37,896 bases of DNA from a virus. Taxonomy: Duplodnaviria; Caudoviricetes. The position numbers and the translations under genes were made by a program. This document shows, piece after piece, positions 1 through 8,172 of this stretch (the first letter of the stretch is position 1; every line of letters starts with the position of its first letter). A model generated the notes under the pieces. That model saw only the letters and a list, made by a program, of their open reading frames with translations. It was not told the origin of the DNA and ran no database searches. The stretch is taken from IMG/VR virus record IMGVR_UViG_3300014199_000001, positions 1 through 37,896 of that record. One strand, 5' to 3'.

Positions 1-123
1 ATGTAGTGATAGAAGAGAAAGGATTTTGCTAAGGGATACAGAATTATGCTTGTCTAGTGATTCTAGGAATTTTAAATGTACATTGCCACTAGGTCATGCA
101 GGAAATCATAATTGGGGTAGTCC
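1..123. repeat. Terminal direct repeat (copy 1), identical to 37774-37896; indicates a circular or circularly permuted complete genome
   Basis: 123 bp atgtagtgat...ggggtagtcc is identical at both ends, and the ORF starting at 37379 continues in frame into ORF 26..271. Confidence 0.95.
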
Positions 124-271
124 TATATGCCAATCTAAGGATTCTAAGGGTCGCCAGTGTACACTATTAGAGGGGCATGATAGGAATCATGTAGCATATG
201 GCGTTAGTGGTATAGTTTCTGAATGGGGTAGAATATCGAAGGGTGATCCCACCATAAAAATTGGATGGTGA
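1..271 (+). CDS. C-terminal part of the junction-spanning DUF1599-like protein (starts at 37379); two Cx9Cx5Hx3H Zn-finger-like repeats
   Basis: Position 26 equals 37799, which is in frame with ATG 37379; repeats CLSSDSRNFKCTLPLGHAGNH and CQSKDSKGRQCTLLEGHDRNH. Confidence 0.8.
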   Translation, partial: CSDRRERILLRDTELCLSSDSRNFKCTLPLGHAGNHNWGSPICQSKDSKGRQCTLLEGHDRNHVAYGVSGIVSEWGRISKGDPTIKIGW

Positions 272-274
272 TTT

Positions 275-442
275 ATGATTAGCTTGGATAGCTGCCACGC
301 GGATATATCACCATTCACGGAGGGGGTATTGAGTAGGTGGGCTAAAAGTATTGGGGTTGATACGGGATTGTTTGAGACTAAGGAGGAGTGGGAATTGCTG
401 GCGGCTATTGCTAGGTTGCATTGTGAGGAGGGGAGATGGTAA
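275..442 (+). CDS. Small hypothetical protein (55 aa, MISLDSCHAD...GRW)
   Basis: Manual translation; fills the gap and its stop overlaps the pol start. Confidence 0.5.
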   Translation: MISLDSCHADISPFTEGVLSRWAKSIGVDTGLFETKEEWELLAAIARLHCEEGRW

Positions 443-3315
443 AGCCCGATTCATGCCAAGGGTGTATATTAGCCACATTTTCGGATGGATACGCGGTTAG
501 TGAGGGGAAAGGGACTAGTGGAGTTGTGATATTAGGGGAGGCGCTAGGATATAATGAGTATGTGGATGGATTGCCGTTTCGGCCTAGAGCGCAAGCGGGA
601 AGCAAGTTAGATCAGGTTATTAGGTTGGTAGAGCAGGAAACTATGCAGCCATTGAGCAGGAATAGTTTCCTGCTTTATAATTTGGTGAATTGTCATCCAC
701 CGGGGGATGCACTAGCGGGGGAAAAGTATGAGGCAGGCGCAGTAGCGGGGTGTGCGCCGAATGTGGAGAGAGTAGTGGGAGGGTTTCAGACGCCGTTTAA
801 TAAGACGGTGTTAGCGCTGGGGAATTTGCCCCTGAAATATCTGACTGGCGTTAGTGGAGATGCAAAGGAAAAACAGAGTATTACTAATTTGAGGGGATAT
901 GTGTTGGAGAGTAAGTATGGGCCTGTAGTGCCAGGGTTGCATCCAGCGTTTATTAGGAGGGGAAAAAATCATTGGACGCCGTTATTGATGGCGGACATGA
1001 GATTGGCGCTGGAAGTTGCATCGGGGAAATATACTAGATATCTGGGGCATCCTAGATATGTTAGGCCACAGTTTCAGGTTGCGCCTAACGTGGATGAGGC
1101 GTGGGGTTATTATTATAAGCTGAAAGATGGGTCTAAATTGGTTGTGGGGTATGATATTGAGACTGTGGACACACCGGGGAGCGAGGAGGATGAGAGAAAC
1201 GAGTTAGAGAGTACGGAGATAACTCAGGTACAATTTTCGGTTGCAAAGGATGAGGGAATAGCATTGCCGTGGCAGGGGGAATATATTAAGGTTATTAGTT
1301 TGATATTGGGGTTGCCGAATGTTAAACTGAGTTGGAATGGGTGGAATTTTGATGCGCCGATTTTGGAGAGTAAGGGAGTAACGATTGGTGGGCAGGATCT
1401 AGATTTAATGTGGATGTGGAAACATTATCAGCCTAAGTTACCGAGGGGGTTGCAGAGTGTGGCGAGTTTGTTTAGGTTTCCGTTTCCGTGGAAGCATTTG
1501 TACCAGGCGGATTTGGGGTTTTATGGGTGCGCGGATGTTAGTGCCCTGCATTATATATGTGGGCCGTTGCCGGGGCTGATGAAAGATAGGGGAGTGTGGG
1601 AGGGATATAAGAGGCATATATTAGGGTTGCATCCAATATTAGTTAGGGCTAGTAAGAAGGGGATTCCGGTTAGCGAAGAAAAGAGATTAGCATTGGAGGA
1701 GAGGTTTAAGGCTAGGAGGGGGGAGTTAGATAAAGAGTTGCAGAAGGCGATACCAGATGAGTTGAGGAATATTAAGCCGAAAAGGAAGGATAAGGAGACG
1801 GGAGAGATTAGTTATGGCTACATTAGTGGAGAACCTAGAATCGTTAGACAAGGAACTGAAGAATATAGGAGAATGCTTGGAGTTATCCCAAAGGGTAGGA
1901 GTGCCATCCCAATTAATGTATATCTTGAACGAAAGTATAATCTTGTCTATGCAGAGTTTAAGGAAACAGATAGCAACGAGGTTATCAATAGATGGTGCAT
2001 CATAGAGCCATTTAAGGCTAGTAAGGATCAGTTAGTTAAGTATCTCAAGTGGAAAAAAGCAGAGGTTGAAAAAGTTGTTGAGGATTTAGTGTTGCAGAGG
2101 CAGATGTTAGGGGGGCGAGATAAGGAGATAACCGAGGAGATAGAGACTTATAGAGATTTGGCTAAGAGCTATGAGATACCTTTGACGTTGAAGACTAAGA
2201 AGGAGACTACTGGGAAGAAAGAATTGGATACCTTATTTGATAATACAGGCGATCCTGTTTTAGCATTGGTTACTAAGATCCGAAGTCTAGATCAAAACCT
2301 AAATAATGCTATCCCCAACTGGAAGCCAAAGGGAGATAGTAGAGTACATACTACATTTGGTTTTACTGCAAGTAGCGGGCAATTGGATGCTAGACGGCCC
2401 AATGTCTTGAACGCAGGGGCACACACTGAATATAGTAGGGAGTTCAGAGAGATTATAACTGCCCCTGTAGGGAGAACATTTATTGAATTTGATTTCCGGT
2501 CATTTCATGTAGCGACAATGGGATACTGTGCTAATGATAAAGACTATGTAAGGTTTTCTCAGATAGACCCTCACTCTATTCTGGGAAGTTATATAGATCC
2601 TAGTGTGATAGGACAAACCATAAGTCTAAAGTGGTCAGATAAGGATATAGATATTGCAGCGAGAGAGTTTAAGAAGCGATGTAAGGAGATAGAGAAAAAG
2701 GGGGGAGTTAATGTAAGACAGGAGTTAGCTAAGCCCACAGTGTTAGGAAATCAGCTTGGGCTAGGGGCAGTCAAGTTGCAAAGGCAAAATAGAAAGTTTA
2801 TCAAAACTATAGCTGAGGCTGAAAAGATGCAGGAATTGCTTGTAGGGTTGTTTCCGAAAGTGGCAAAGTTTAAGGATGCAATTAGGGAGAAGGCACATCT
2901 GCAACAGTATCTGATTAATGAATTTGGGTTTATTGATTACTTTTTTGATGTATTTAGCTTCGAGTTCAATAAGAGAACTAACCAGTGGCAGAAGAAACAT
3001 GGAGATGATAGCGAGAGGGTTATTGCATTTCCTGTACAGTCTACAGCATTCGGTAAGATTCAGCTTGATATACTAGAATGTGAGAGATTAGGATATAATG
3101 AGAAATATGAGTTTGTTGTGAGCATTCATGATTCACTGTTATTTTGCGTGAGAGTGGAGCATATAGATGAGTGCTTGGAGAATGTTAGCAGAGTTATGCA
3201 GGCCCCGTGTAAGATGCTAATTAATGCGGCTACTGGGGCTGAGGGGTTGGCGGTGGGGGTAGAAGCGAAAGTGGGGGGTACATGGGCTAATATGAAGGAA
3301 GTGCAAATATGCTAG
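436..3315 (+). CDS. polA: Family A DNA polymerase with N-terminal family-4 uracil-DNA glycosylase-like domain and 3'-5' exonuclease
   Basis: UDG: CxxC, GEALG, PF, NxxxCHPP, HPAF. Exo: YDIET, WNGWNFD, YGCAD. Pol: motif A EFDFRSFH, motif B RQELAKPTVLG, motif C IHDS. Confidence 0.92.
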   Translation: MVKPDSCQGCILATFSDGYAVSEGKGTSGVVILGEALGYNEYVDGLPFRPRAQAGSKLDQVIRLVEQETMQPLSRNSFLLYNLVNCHPPGDALAGEKYEAGAVAGCAPNVERVVGGFQTPFNKTVLALGNLPLKYLTGVSGDAKEKQSITNLRGYVLESKYGPVVPGLHPAFIRRGKNHWTPLLMADMRLALEVASGKYTRYLGHPRYVRPQFQVAPNVDEAWGYYYKLKDGSKLVVGYDIETVDTPGSEEDERNELESTEITQVQFSVAKDEGIALPWQGEYIKVISLILGLPNVKLSWNGWNFDAPILESKGVTIGGQDLDLMWMWKHYQPKLPRGLQSVASLFRFPFPWKHLYQADLGFYGCADVSALHYICGPLPGLMKDRGVWEGYKRHILGLHPILVRASKKGIPVSEEKRLALEERFKARRGELDKELQKAIPDELRNIKPKRKDKETGEISYGYISGEPRIVRQGTEEYRRMLGVIPKGRSAIPINVYLERKYNLVYAEFKETDSNEVINRWCIIEPFKASKDQLVKYLKWKKAEVEKVVEDLVLQRQMLGGRDKEITEEIETYRDLAKSYEIPLTLKTKKETTGKKELDTLFDNTGDPVLALVTKIRSLDQNLNNAIPNWKPKGDSRVHTTFGFTASSGQLDARRPNVLNAGAHTEYSREFREIITAPVGRTFIEFDFRSFHVATMGYCANDKDYVRFSQIDPHSILGSYIDPSVIGQTISLKWSDKDIDIAAREFKKRCKEIEKKGGVNVRQELAKPTVLGNQLGLGAVKLQRQNRKFIKTIAEAEKMQELLVGLFPKVAKFKDAIREKAHLQQYLINEFGFIDYFFDVFSFEFNKRTNQWQKKHGDDSERVIAFPVQSTAFGKIQLDILECERLGYNEKYEFVVSIHDSLLFCVRVEHIDECLENVSRVMQAPCKMLINAATGAEGLAVGVEAKVGGTWANMKEVQIC

Positions 3316-3797
3316 GAGTTTGGGTAAGTATCGCTAAGAATAAATGTTTTACTTGTATAGATAGAGATATGTACGAAGAGGTTATTGGTATGAAATGGAG
3401 TCTAACTCATGGTCATGCTTATAACTCCTACCGCAATTTGTATTTGCATCAGCTTGTAGTATTTAAGCATATAAGCGGGTATATTGGTGATGTTGACCAC
3501 AAAAATAGGGATAAGCTAGATAATCGATGGGAAAATCTAAGAATAGGGAATAGATCGCAGAATAATGCTAATAGCATTGCACGCAAGGGGAGAAAGTACA
3601 AAGGGGTTTATATAGTAGTTTGGCCAAGTTGTGTTAGGTATGTAGCTAAGATACGGGTATCTAAGAATATACACTTAGGCACATTTGATACTGAAGAGGA
3701 AGCTGCACTAGCGTATAATAAAGCTGCGGTTAAATATTATGGGGAATTTGCATGTTTGAATCAAGTAGAAGGAGATGCGAGAAATAAAATAGTATGA
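3309..3797 (+). CDS. HNH homing endonuclease with C-terminal AP2 DNA-binding domain
   Basis: VDHKNRDKLDNRWENLR (HNH); YKGV...HLGTFDTEEEAALAYNKAA..YGEFACLN (AP2). Confidence 0.92.
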   Translation: MLGVWVSIAKNKCFTCIDRDMYEEVIGMKWSLTHGHAYNSYRNLYLHQLVVFKHISGYIGDVDHKNRDKLDNRWENLRIGNRSQNNANSIARKGRKYKGVYIVVWPSCVRYVAKIRVSKNIHLGTFDTEEEAALAYNKAAVKYYGEFACLNQVEGDARNKIV

Positions 3798-3907
3798 TAA
3801 AAATGGCATTGAAGTTTATAGGTATCTTTATTGGGCTACCTATTGCGGTGATAGTGTTTTTGGGGTATGTAGAGTGGATATGTGAGGTTATGGCGACATG
3901 GAAATAG
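3794..3907 (+). CDS. Small membrane protein (37 aa, MIKMALKFIGIFIGLPIAVIVFLGYV...)
   Basis: Manual translation; ATGA overlap with the HNH stop; one hydrophobic helix. Confidence 0.55.
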   Translation: MIKMALKFIGIFIGLPIAVIVFLGYVEWICEVMATWK

Positions 3908-4041
3908 GATGCTTTAAAATTTGGCTAGCGGGGGTGGGGTTTATGATTGGAGCGGGATTAGTAGGGTTAGTGGTGGGGAGTTGTGTAGGATGGGTATTGG
4001 CGAGTTTGGTTATCTTAACTAAAAGGAAGTGGCATATATGA
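3898..4041 (+). CDS. Small membrane protein (47 aa, MEIGCFKIWLAGVGFMIGAGLVGLVVGS...)
   Basis: Manual translation; long hydrophobic Gly-rich stretch and basic C-terminus; overlaps neighbours. Confidence 0.55.
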   Translation: MEIGCFKIWLAGVGFMIGAGLVGLVVGSCVGWVLASLVILTKRKWHI

Positions 4042-4253
4042 AAGGTGATAATGGAGTTTCGGCGATGGAGTTGATTATGCAGTTGGAGGGAAAGGTTAGA
4101 AAGGCTAGAAAGGAGTTAGTGCAGTGGCAAGCTAGATGTATTATGATTGGGGCTATGAAGGTGGGGCCGTGGGTTACGATAGGGATTGGAATAGGAACGG
4201 CGATTACGTGGTTTGCATGGTATATGGCTAGTAGGGGGCATGTATGCAGATAG
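4038..4253 (+). CDS. Coiled-coil plus transmembrane hypothetical protein
   Basis: ORF track 4029..4253; likely start is ATG 4038 (ATGA overlap); C-terminal TM. Confidence 0.6.
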   Translation: MKGDNGVSAMELIMQLEGKVRKARKELVQWQARCIMIGAMKVGPWVTIGIGIGTAITWFAWYMASRGHVCR

Positions 4254-4333
4254 TTTGGAATATGTTGGGATATGTTGTGTTGTTGGTGCTGGTGGCATTG
4301 ATGCTGGTATGGGCGATAGAAGATGACTTATGA
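4244..4333 (+). CDS. Small membrane protein (29 aa, MQIVWNMLGYVVLLVLVALMLVWAIEDDL)
   Basis: Manual translation; single TM; coupled to both neighbours. Confidence 0.5.
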   Translation: MQIVWNMLGYVVLLVLVALMLVWAIEDDL

Positions 4334-4491
4334 AAAACTGGGTAGCCCTAATGTTGACACTTATTGGATATGCCTTTTGGGCTATAAGTTTGTATTATGG
4401 GTGTGCTAGAGAGGAGTATGCTAAAGCAGCATTCTATATGGCCTTAGGAATATTTACTTGGACCGCTCCACCTTTTGGAAGAGGAGATTGA
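4330..4491 (+). CDS. Small two-TM membrane protein (53 aa, MKNWVALMLTLIGYAFW...)
   Basis: Manual translation; ATGA overlap; two hydrophobic segments. Confidence 0.55.
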   Translation: MKNWVALMLTLIGYAFWAISLYYGCAREEYAKAAFYMALGIFTWTAPPFGRGD

Positions 4492-4493
4492 AT

Positions 4494-4829
4494 ATGGACT
4501 TTCACGGACGATGGTATACAAGAGGGAGTCAATTAGTTATCGTGCATAAGGGGGTAGGCGAGGAGGAGGAGATGGTATTTGAGGGGCATGAGATATTGTT
4601 ACAGCAGCCCTTTAATTATGATCCTGACTTGCCTATAAGGTATAAGTGGAATCATTCGGGGAAGTGTATTGAGAAGAGTAAATATCTGCCAATTACGGAG
4701 TGGGATAACTTGAGTAATAGGATACAGACATATAGGGGTGGGGCGTTAGTATATGCGGCAACGTGTCCAGTGAATGGGGGGTGTAGGTTGTGTGAGGAGG
4801 AGGGGGAGAGGAGTTATAGTGACAAATAG
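4494..4829 (+). CDS. Hypothetical protein with C-terminal Cys cluster
   Basis: ORF track 4458..4829; ATG 4494 follows GAGGAG. Confidence 0.6.
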   Translation: MDFHGRWYTRGSQLVIVHKGVGEEEEMVFEGHEILLQQPFNYDPDLPIRYKWNHSGKCIEKSKYLPITEWDNLSNRIQTYRGGALVYAATCPVNGGCRLCEEEGERSYSDK

Positions 4830-4927
4830 ACAGATAATTATGCTTATGACAAGTATATTAGCATCTAATGGTAGGTTTGCAGGATACGCACCTGAAGAGT
4901 ACGTTAACTATGCTATAAGGATATACA

Positions 4928-5173
4928 ATGGCGAACAAGCGAAAACCTAATAGTATTAGGGTGGTTTGTATCGCGGGGACGGTGCTAGCACAAGTGAGGG
5001 AGACAATTTTGGCGGATGCTAAGGCGAGGGGGATTAGCGTGGCGAAAGTGGTAGGGGAGATCCTGACGAGTTGGGCAGAGTGGAGGGGTAAGGCTGGTAG
5101 CAATTCAATTGCCAAAGAAGGAGAATGGAGAGGGAAGGGGTACAGTTGGGACGCTGATAGGATAGCAAAGTAG
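4928..5173 (+). CDS. Ribbon-helix-helix-like DNA-binding protein
   Basis: Beta strand then VRETILADAKARGISVAKVVGEIL, a CopG/Arc-like pattern. Confidence 0.55.
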   Translation: MANKRKPNSIRVVCIAGTVLAQVRETILADAKARGISVAKVVGEILTSWAEWRGKAGSNSIAKEGEWRGKGYSWDADRIAK

Positions 5174-5355
5174 TGGAGTAGAATAGTCCACTATAAGGGG
5201 GAAGGGGGCATACTGCTAAGAATGCGATATGCCCCTAGTTGGCGTTAGCAGCCCCTAGGCTGAATCGCGGGAAAGGGGGGTAGTAAAGTATCAGGAGGGT
5301 GCTAACGCGCGATTTCGAGGGATTTTTCGACACATTTCGTTTCAGTGGGTTAGGC

Positions 5356-5396
5356 TGTGGAAAAGATGAGGATAAAGCCTGTGGAAATGTGGAAAA
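5356..5396 (-). promoter_or_regulatory. Cluster of four DnaA-box-like 9-mers
   Basis: TGTGGAAAA (5356, 5388) is TTTTCCACA on the - strand and matches TTWTNCACA; TGAGGATAA (5367) and TGTGGAAAT (5380) each have one mismatch. Confidence 0.5.
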
Positions 5397-5445
5397 CTCT
5401 AGTGGGGCTAGTTGCTAGCTAGCCGAGGGTGTTTTCAATATCATC

Positions 5446-5616
5446 ATGTCTAGCCCCTTGGTGTTGTCGGCGGCATTGGACATGCGAGCGACGGCCTTAA
5501 CTACGCAAACCTTTATGATCCTGGGGTTTGTGTATGGATATAAGATGGCGCAAGCGGAGGGACTTGACGGGATGCTCACAGGAATCGAGCGGGCTACCGA
5601 AGGGGAAGAGAGCTAG
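5446..5616 (+). CDS. Small hypothetical protein (56 aa)
   Basis: Manual translation MSSPLVLSAALDMRATAL...EGEES; followed by a hairpin. Confidence 0.4.
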   Translation: MSSPLVLSAALDMRATALTTQTFMILGFVYGYKMAQAEGLDGMLTGIERATEGEES

Positions 5617-5636
5617 ATTGGTAGTACCTTCACCTA

Positions 5637-5665
5637 GGTAGAGCTATAAGGGGAATAGCTCTACC
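5637..5665 (+). terminator. Perfect 11-bp hairpin (terminator or processing stem)
   Basis: GGTAGAGCTAT-aagggga-ATAGCTCTACC; no U tract. Confidence 0.4.
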
Positions 5666-5698
5666 GAATGGGGGTATTAGCGAATGGGGAAAATTGAT

Positions 5699-5800
5699 AT
5701 GAGCAAGTGGAAAGAGATATGCTACGGTGTGGGGCTAATTTTGATGATCGCGCTAGCATGGGCGTTAGTGGATATTGCGGCGGGAATATGGACACGCTAG
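5699..5800 (+). CDS. Small membrane protein (33 aa, MSKWKEICYGVGLILMIALAWALV...)
   Basis: Manual translation; one TM. Confidence 0.45.
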   Translation: MSKWKEICYGVGLILMIALAWALVDIAAGIWTR

Positions 5801-5889
5801 CGGGGGAGTTAGTAGAAATGCTCAAAGCGGCGGGATTGACGGAAGAGGAGATAAGAGCCTATGTTAAATGGCTGCATCCAATGGGATGA
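5788..5889 (+). CDS. Small hypothetical protein (MDTLAGELVEMLKAAGLTEEEI...)
   Basis: 3' part of ORF 5707..5889 from the internal ATG. Confidence 0.4.
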   Translation: MDTLAGELVEMLKAAGLTEEEIRAYVKWLHPMG

Positions 5890-6046
5890 AGTTAGGACAT
5901 ACCATAGTGAGTGCGGTATGGTAACATTGCTCACTAGTGGTGAGTGTACAGCGTGTTGGCAAAGGGTGCTAGCAGCCGAGAGGTTCCTGCTGAATGCTCC
6001 TAGACGCGAGGGGAAGGGTACCCTACGATTGGGAGGGGTGAGATGA
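5861..6046 (+). CDS. Small Cys/His-containing hypothetical protein
   Basis: ORF track; HxxC...CxxC. Confidence 0.4.
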   Translation: MLNGCIQWDEVRTYHSECGMVTLLTSGECTACWQRVLAAERFLLNAPRREGKGTLRLGGVR

Positions 6047-6052
6047 ATTTTG

Positions 6053-6081
6053 TTGACATCGCTTCTCAAAGCGAGTAACAT
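6053..6081 (+). promoter_or_regulatory. Sigma70-type promoter with palindromic spacer (possible operator)
   Basis: TTGACA-17bp-TAACAT; the spacer contains TCGCTT...AAGCGA. Confidence 0.6.
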
Positions 6082-6103
6082 TGTAAGTGGAGATGAAAGG
6101 GGC

Positions 6104-6301
6104 ATGACGATGACGCAGCCAATCTATCAAAATGGAGGTTACATGGTTATGCCCCTTGTGCGTCAAGTTACCATCGAGAATCGAGAGGGCAGACGGGTAA
6201 GTGGGCCGTATCCGATTGAACAGATTGAAGATGCTGTGCAGACGTGTGATGAGTTAGCGCAACGTGATGGGGCCTTTGGGCATAGGACTTATCGCGGTTG
6301 A
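6104..6301 (+). CDS. Hypothetical protein
   Basis: ORF track 6050..6301; ATG 6104 lies downstream of the promoter and of a purine-rich RBS. Confidence 0.55.
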   Translation: MTMTQPIYQNGGYMVMPLVRQVTIENREGRRVSGPYPIEQIEDAVQTCDELAQRDGAFGHRTYRG

Positions 6302-6303
6302 GG

Positions 6304-6407
6304 TTGAGTGTGTAGCAGGTGGCATACCCATGCGGGCTAGAAACTAGAACCCGTAGGATACAGAGTATGCTACTTGCTCTACACTCAAATGTAGAGCGGG
6401 TATCATT
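6304..6407 (+). ncRNA. Structured RNA element with two mutually exclusive stems
   Basis: 6304-6327 pairs with 6365-6388 (about 24 bp with GU pairs), or 6371-6383 pairs with 6390-6402. Confidence 0.55.
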
Positions 6408-6452
6408 AGATACAAATTCTAAAAGGAAAGTTTAAGAAAGGTAACGATAAGT

Positions 6453-6992
6453 ATGTCTCTAGTATTTGTGAAACGTAGTGTTCTGCCTGCGGTTGTGCAT
6501 GGTAGGAATGGAGCCGCATCTGTAGTTATTACAGGTAGCGGACGAATTGGGATGAGTGTGTTGGCTACTAAGGCACTGGGAGAGGGATTGACTCATGTAG
6601 CCGTGGCGTTTGATCCTGAGAGCCGGATTATGGCGATTTATGGGCCTAGCCCGAAGATTAAAAAAGCTCTGCCAAATGAGGGAGATTGGGTTAAGCTGAA
6701 CATTAACAAAAAGAGCAATGCAGTGGACTTTGCGGCTACTAACTTGCTGAATCACGCGCCTACATTCAATGGTAAATTGTATGAGTATCGGGCTAGCGGG
6801 AATCAGACATTTGAAGTTAAGGTGAATGAGAAAGAACAATGTATCTCGTTCACGGTGCCGGAAGGTAAGCTGATCCCGAAGCCGGTTGTTAAGCGAGAGA
6901 AGAAAGACAAGAAAAAGAAGGAAACAGTTAGTAGTGGTACGGCTGCTACGCCGGAAGCTAGTGAAGGTGAGTTAGTGCTAGAGAGCGCGTAA
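6453..6992 (+). CDS. Hypothetical beta-rich protein with Lys-rich and acidic tail; possible nucleic-acid-binding protein
   Basis: ORF track; KREKKDKKKKE followed by EASEGELVLESA. Confidence 0.6.
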   Translation: MSLVFVKRSVLPAVVHGRNGAASVVITGSGRIGMSVLATKALGEGLTHVAVAFDPESRIMAIYGPSPKIKKALPNEGDWVKLNINKKSNAVDFAATNLLNHAPTFNGKLYEYRASGNQTFEVKVNEKEQCISFTVPEGKLIPKPVVKREKKDKKKKETVSSGTAATPEASEGELVLESA

Positions 6993-7085
6993 CCTAGGGG
7001 TTGGGGTTACGAATGATAGATTATAGATAAACTATAGAATGCGTGTGGGGCCTATCGAAGTTGGGGTAGGCCCAAAGGTATAATA

Positions 7086-7427
7086 ATGAAAATTATAATG
7101 TTAGGGTTGATTGTAGGGGGATTGAGTATGGCTCAGTCCCCTGAGGCACCTAAGACGTTTGATAAGGGCGCTAGCCCGATATCGGTTAAGGTGCCGGATA
7201 AGTTTACTAGTGACGTGCAGAAGTTAAATCAGCAATATGCCGATTTGCAAGCCGCGCAACAGATAGCGGATTTGAGTAAAGCTAACTTAGAGTTGCGAGT
7301 ATGCGCGGAAGTAGGGTATAAGCCGGAAGTATGTAGAGTGGACTGGAGAACAGGGCAGGTGATTAGGGTAGAGATGCCTAAAGCCCCTGCTACGGCTACA
7401 GACACTACAGACACTAGTAAGAAGTAG
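7086..7427 (+). CDS. Secreted/periplasmic protein with signal peptide and coiled coil
   Basis: MKIIMLGLIVGGLSMA|Q; helical Gln/Ala region; Cys pair. Confidence 0.7.
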   Translation: MKIIMLGLIVGGLSMAQSPEAPKTFDKGASPISVKVPDKFTSDVQKLNQQYADLQAAQQIADLSKANLELRVCAEVGYKPEVCRVDWRTGQVIRVEMPKAPATATDTTDTSKK

Positions 7428-7443
7428 TTTAGATGTTTGTAAT

Positions 7444-7480
7444 AGGCCCATTGATGGTTAGATGGGCCTCCCCTCCTTTT
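7444..7480 (+). terminator. Putative intrinsic terminator
   Basis: AGGCCCAT...ATGGGCCT stem followed by a pyrimidine tract ending TTTT. Confidence 0.45.
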
Positions 7481-7503
7481 GAAATCCTAAGACTTTCCTT
7501 TCC

Positions 7504-7531
7504 TATCGACAAAATACATATTTTGTTGTAA
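7504..7531. promoter_or_regulatory. dif-like tyrosine recombinase core site (candidate attP/res)
   Basis: TATCGACAAAA-TACATA-TTTTGTTGTAA: 11-6-11 inverted arms about 90 bp upstream of the recombinase. Confidence 0.55.
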
Positions 7532-7620
7532 GATACCCTTAGGCGATCAATTGGCCCAAGGGTTTACCGCCCTAGCCCGGTGATCGGCATACCACAAAAC
7601 AGAGAAAGGACGGTCCCCCA

Positions 7621-8172
7621 TTGCCGCGAAAGCACCTTACAGAACTAGAAGTAGACAAACTTATCAAAGCAGCTAAGACTACTAGAATGGGTACACGGAA
7701 TGTGTGCTTGATTATGTTAATGTTCAGACATGGGTTAAGAGTTAGCGAAGCTACAAACATGGAGTTGAGTCAGGTTGACGTAGCTAGTCATGTATTGCAT
7801 GTGCAAAGACTGAAGAATGGATTTAGTACCGTTCATCCACTGCGGCCAGATGAGATAAAAGTCATAAATGCCTGGATGAAAGATAGGAAAGCTATGGAGC
7901 TAAGTGAGAGTATTAAGACATTCTTTGTTAGTGAGCGAAAACGGCGAATGGATAGGACTAGCGTTAATCAGCTATTAGAGAGTCTTAGTAAGATAGCGGA
8001 ATTGCCACTAGTAGCGCACCCACATATGCTTAGACATGCTTGTGGATATGCGTTGGCGGATCAAGGGATTGATACTAGACTAATACAAGATTTCTTAGGG
8101 CATAAGAATATACAGAATACTGTTATATACACAGCAGCAAATAGCGCGAGGTTTGAGAGAATATGGAAATAA
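7621..8172 (+). CDS. Tyrosine recombinase, FimB/FimE-like (catalytic domain only)
   Basis: RHGLRVSE, RLKNG, HPHMLRHACGYALA, LGHKNIQNTVIY; 183 aa; AAAGGA RBS before TTG. Confidence 0.92.
   Translation: MPRKHLTELEVDKLIKAAKTTRMGTRNVCLIMLMFRHGLRVSEATNMELSQVDVASHVLHVQRLKNGFSTVHPLRPDEIKVINAWMKDRKAMELSESIKTFFVSERKRRMDRTSVNQLLESLSKIAELPLVAHPHMLRHACGYALADQGIDTRLIQDFLGHKNIQNTVIYTAANSARFERIWK

Noticed and set aside
1-123. Biological terminal repeat of a linear genome
   Set aside because: It falls in the middle of an ORF and its length is typical of assembler overlap; treated only as evidence of circularity
6304-6407. tRNA gene
   Set aside because: No cloverleaf, TTC loop or CCA arrangement
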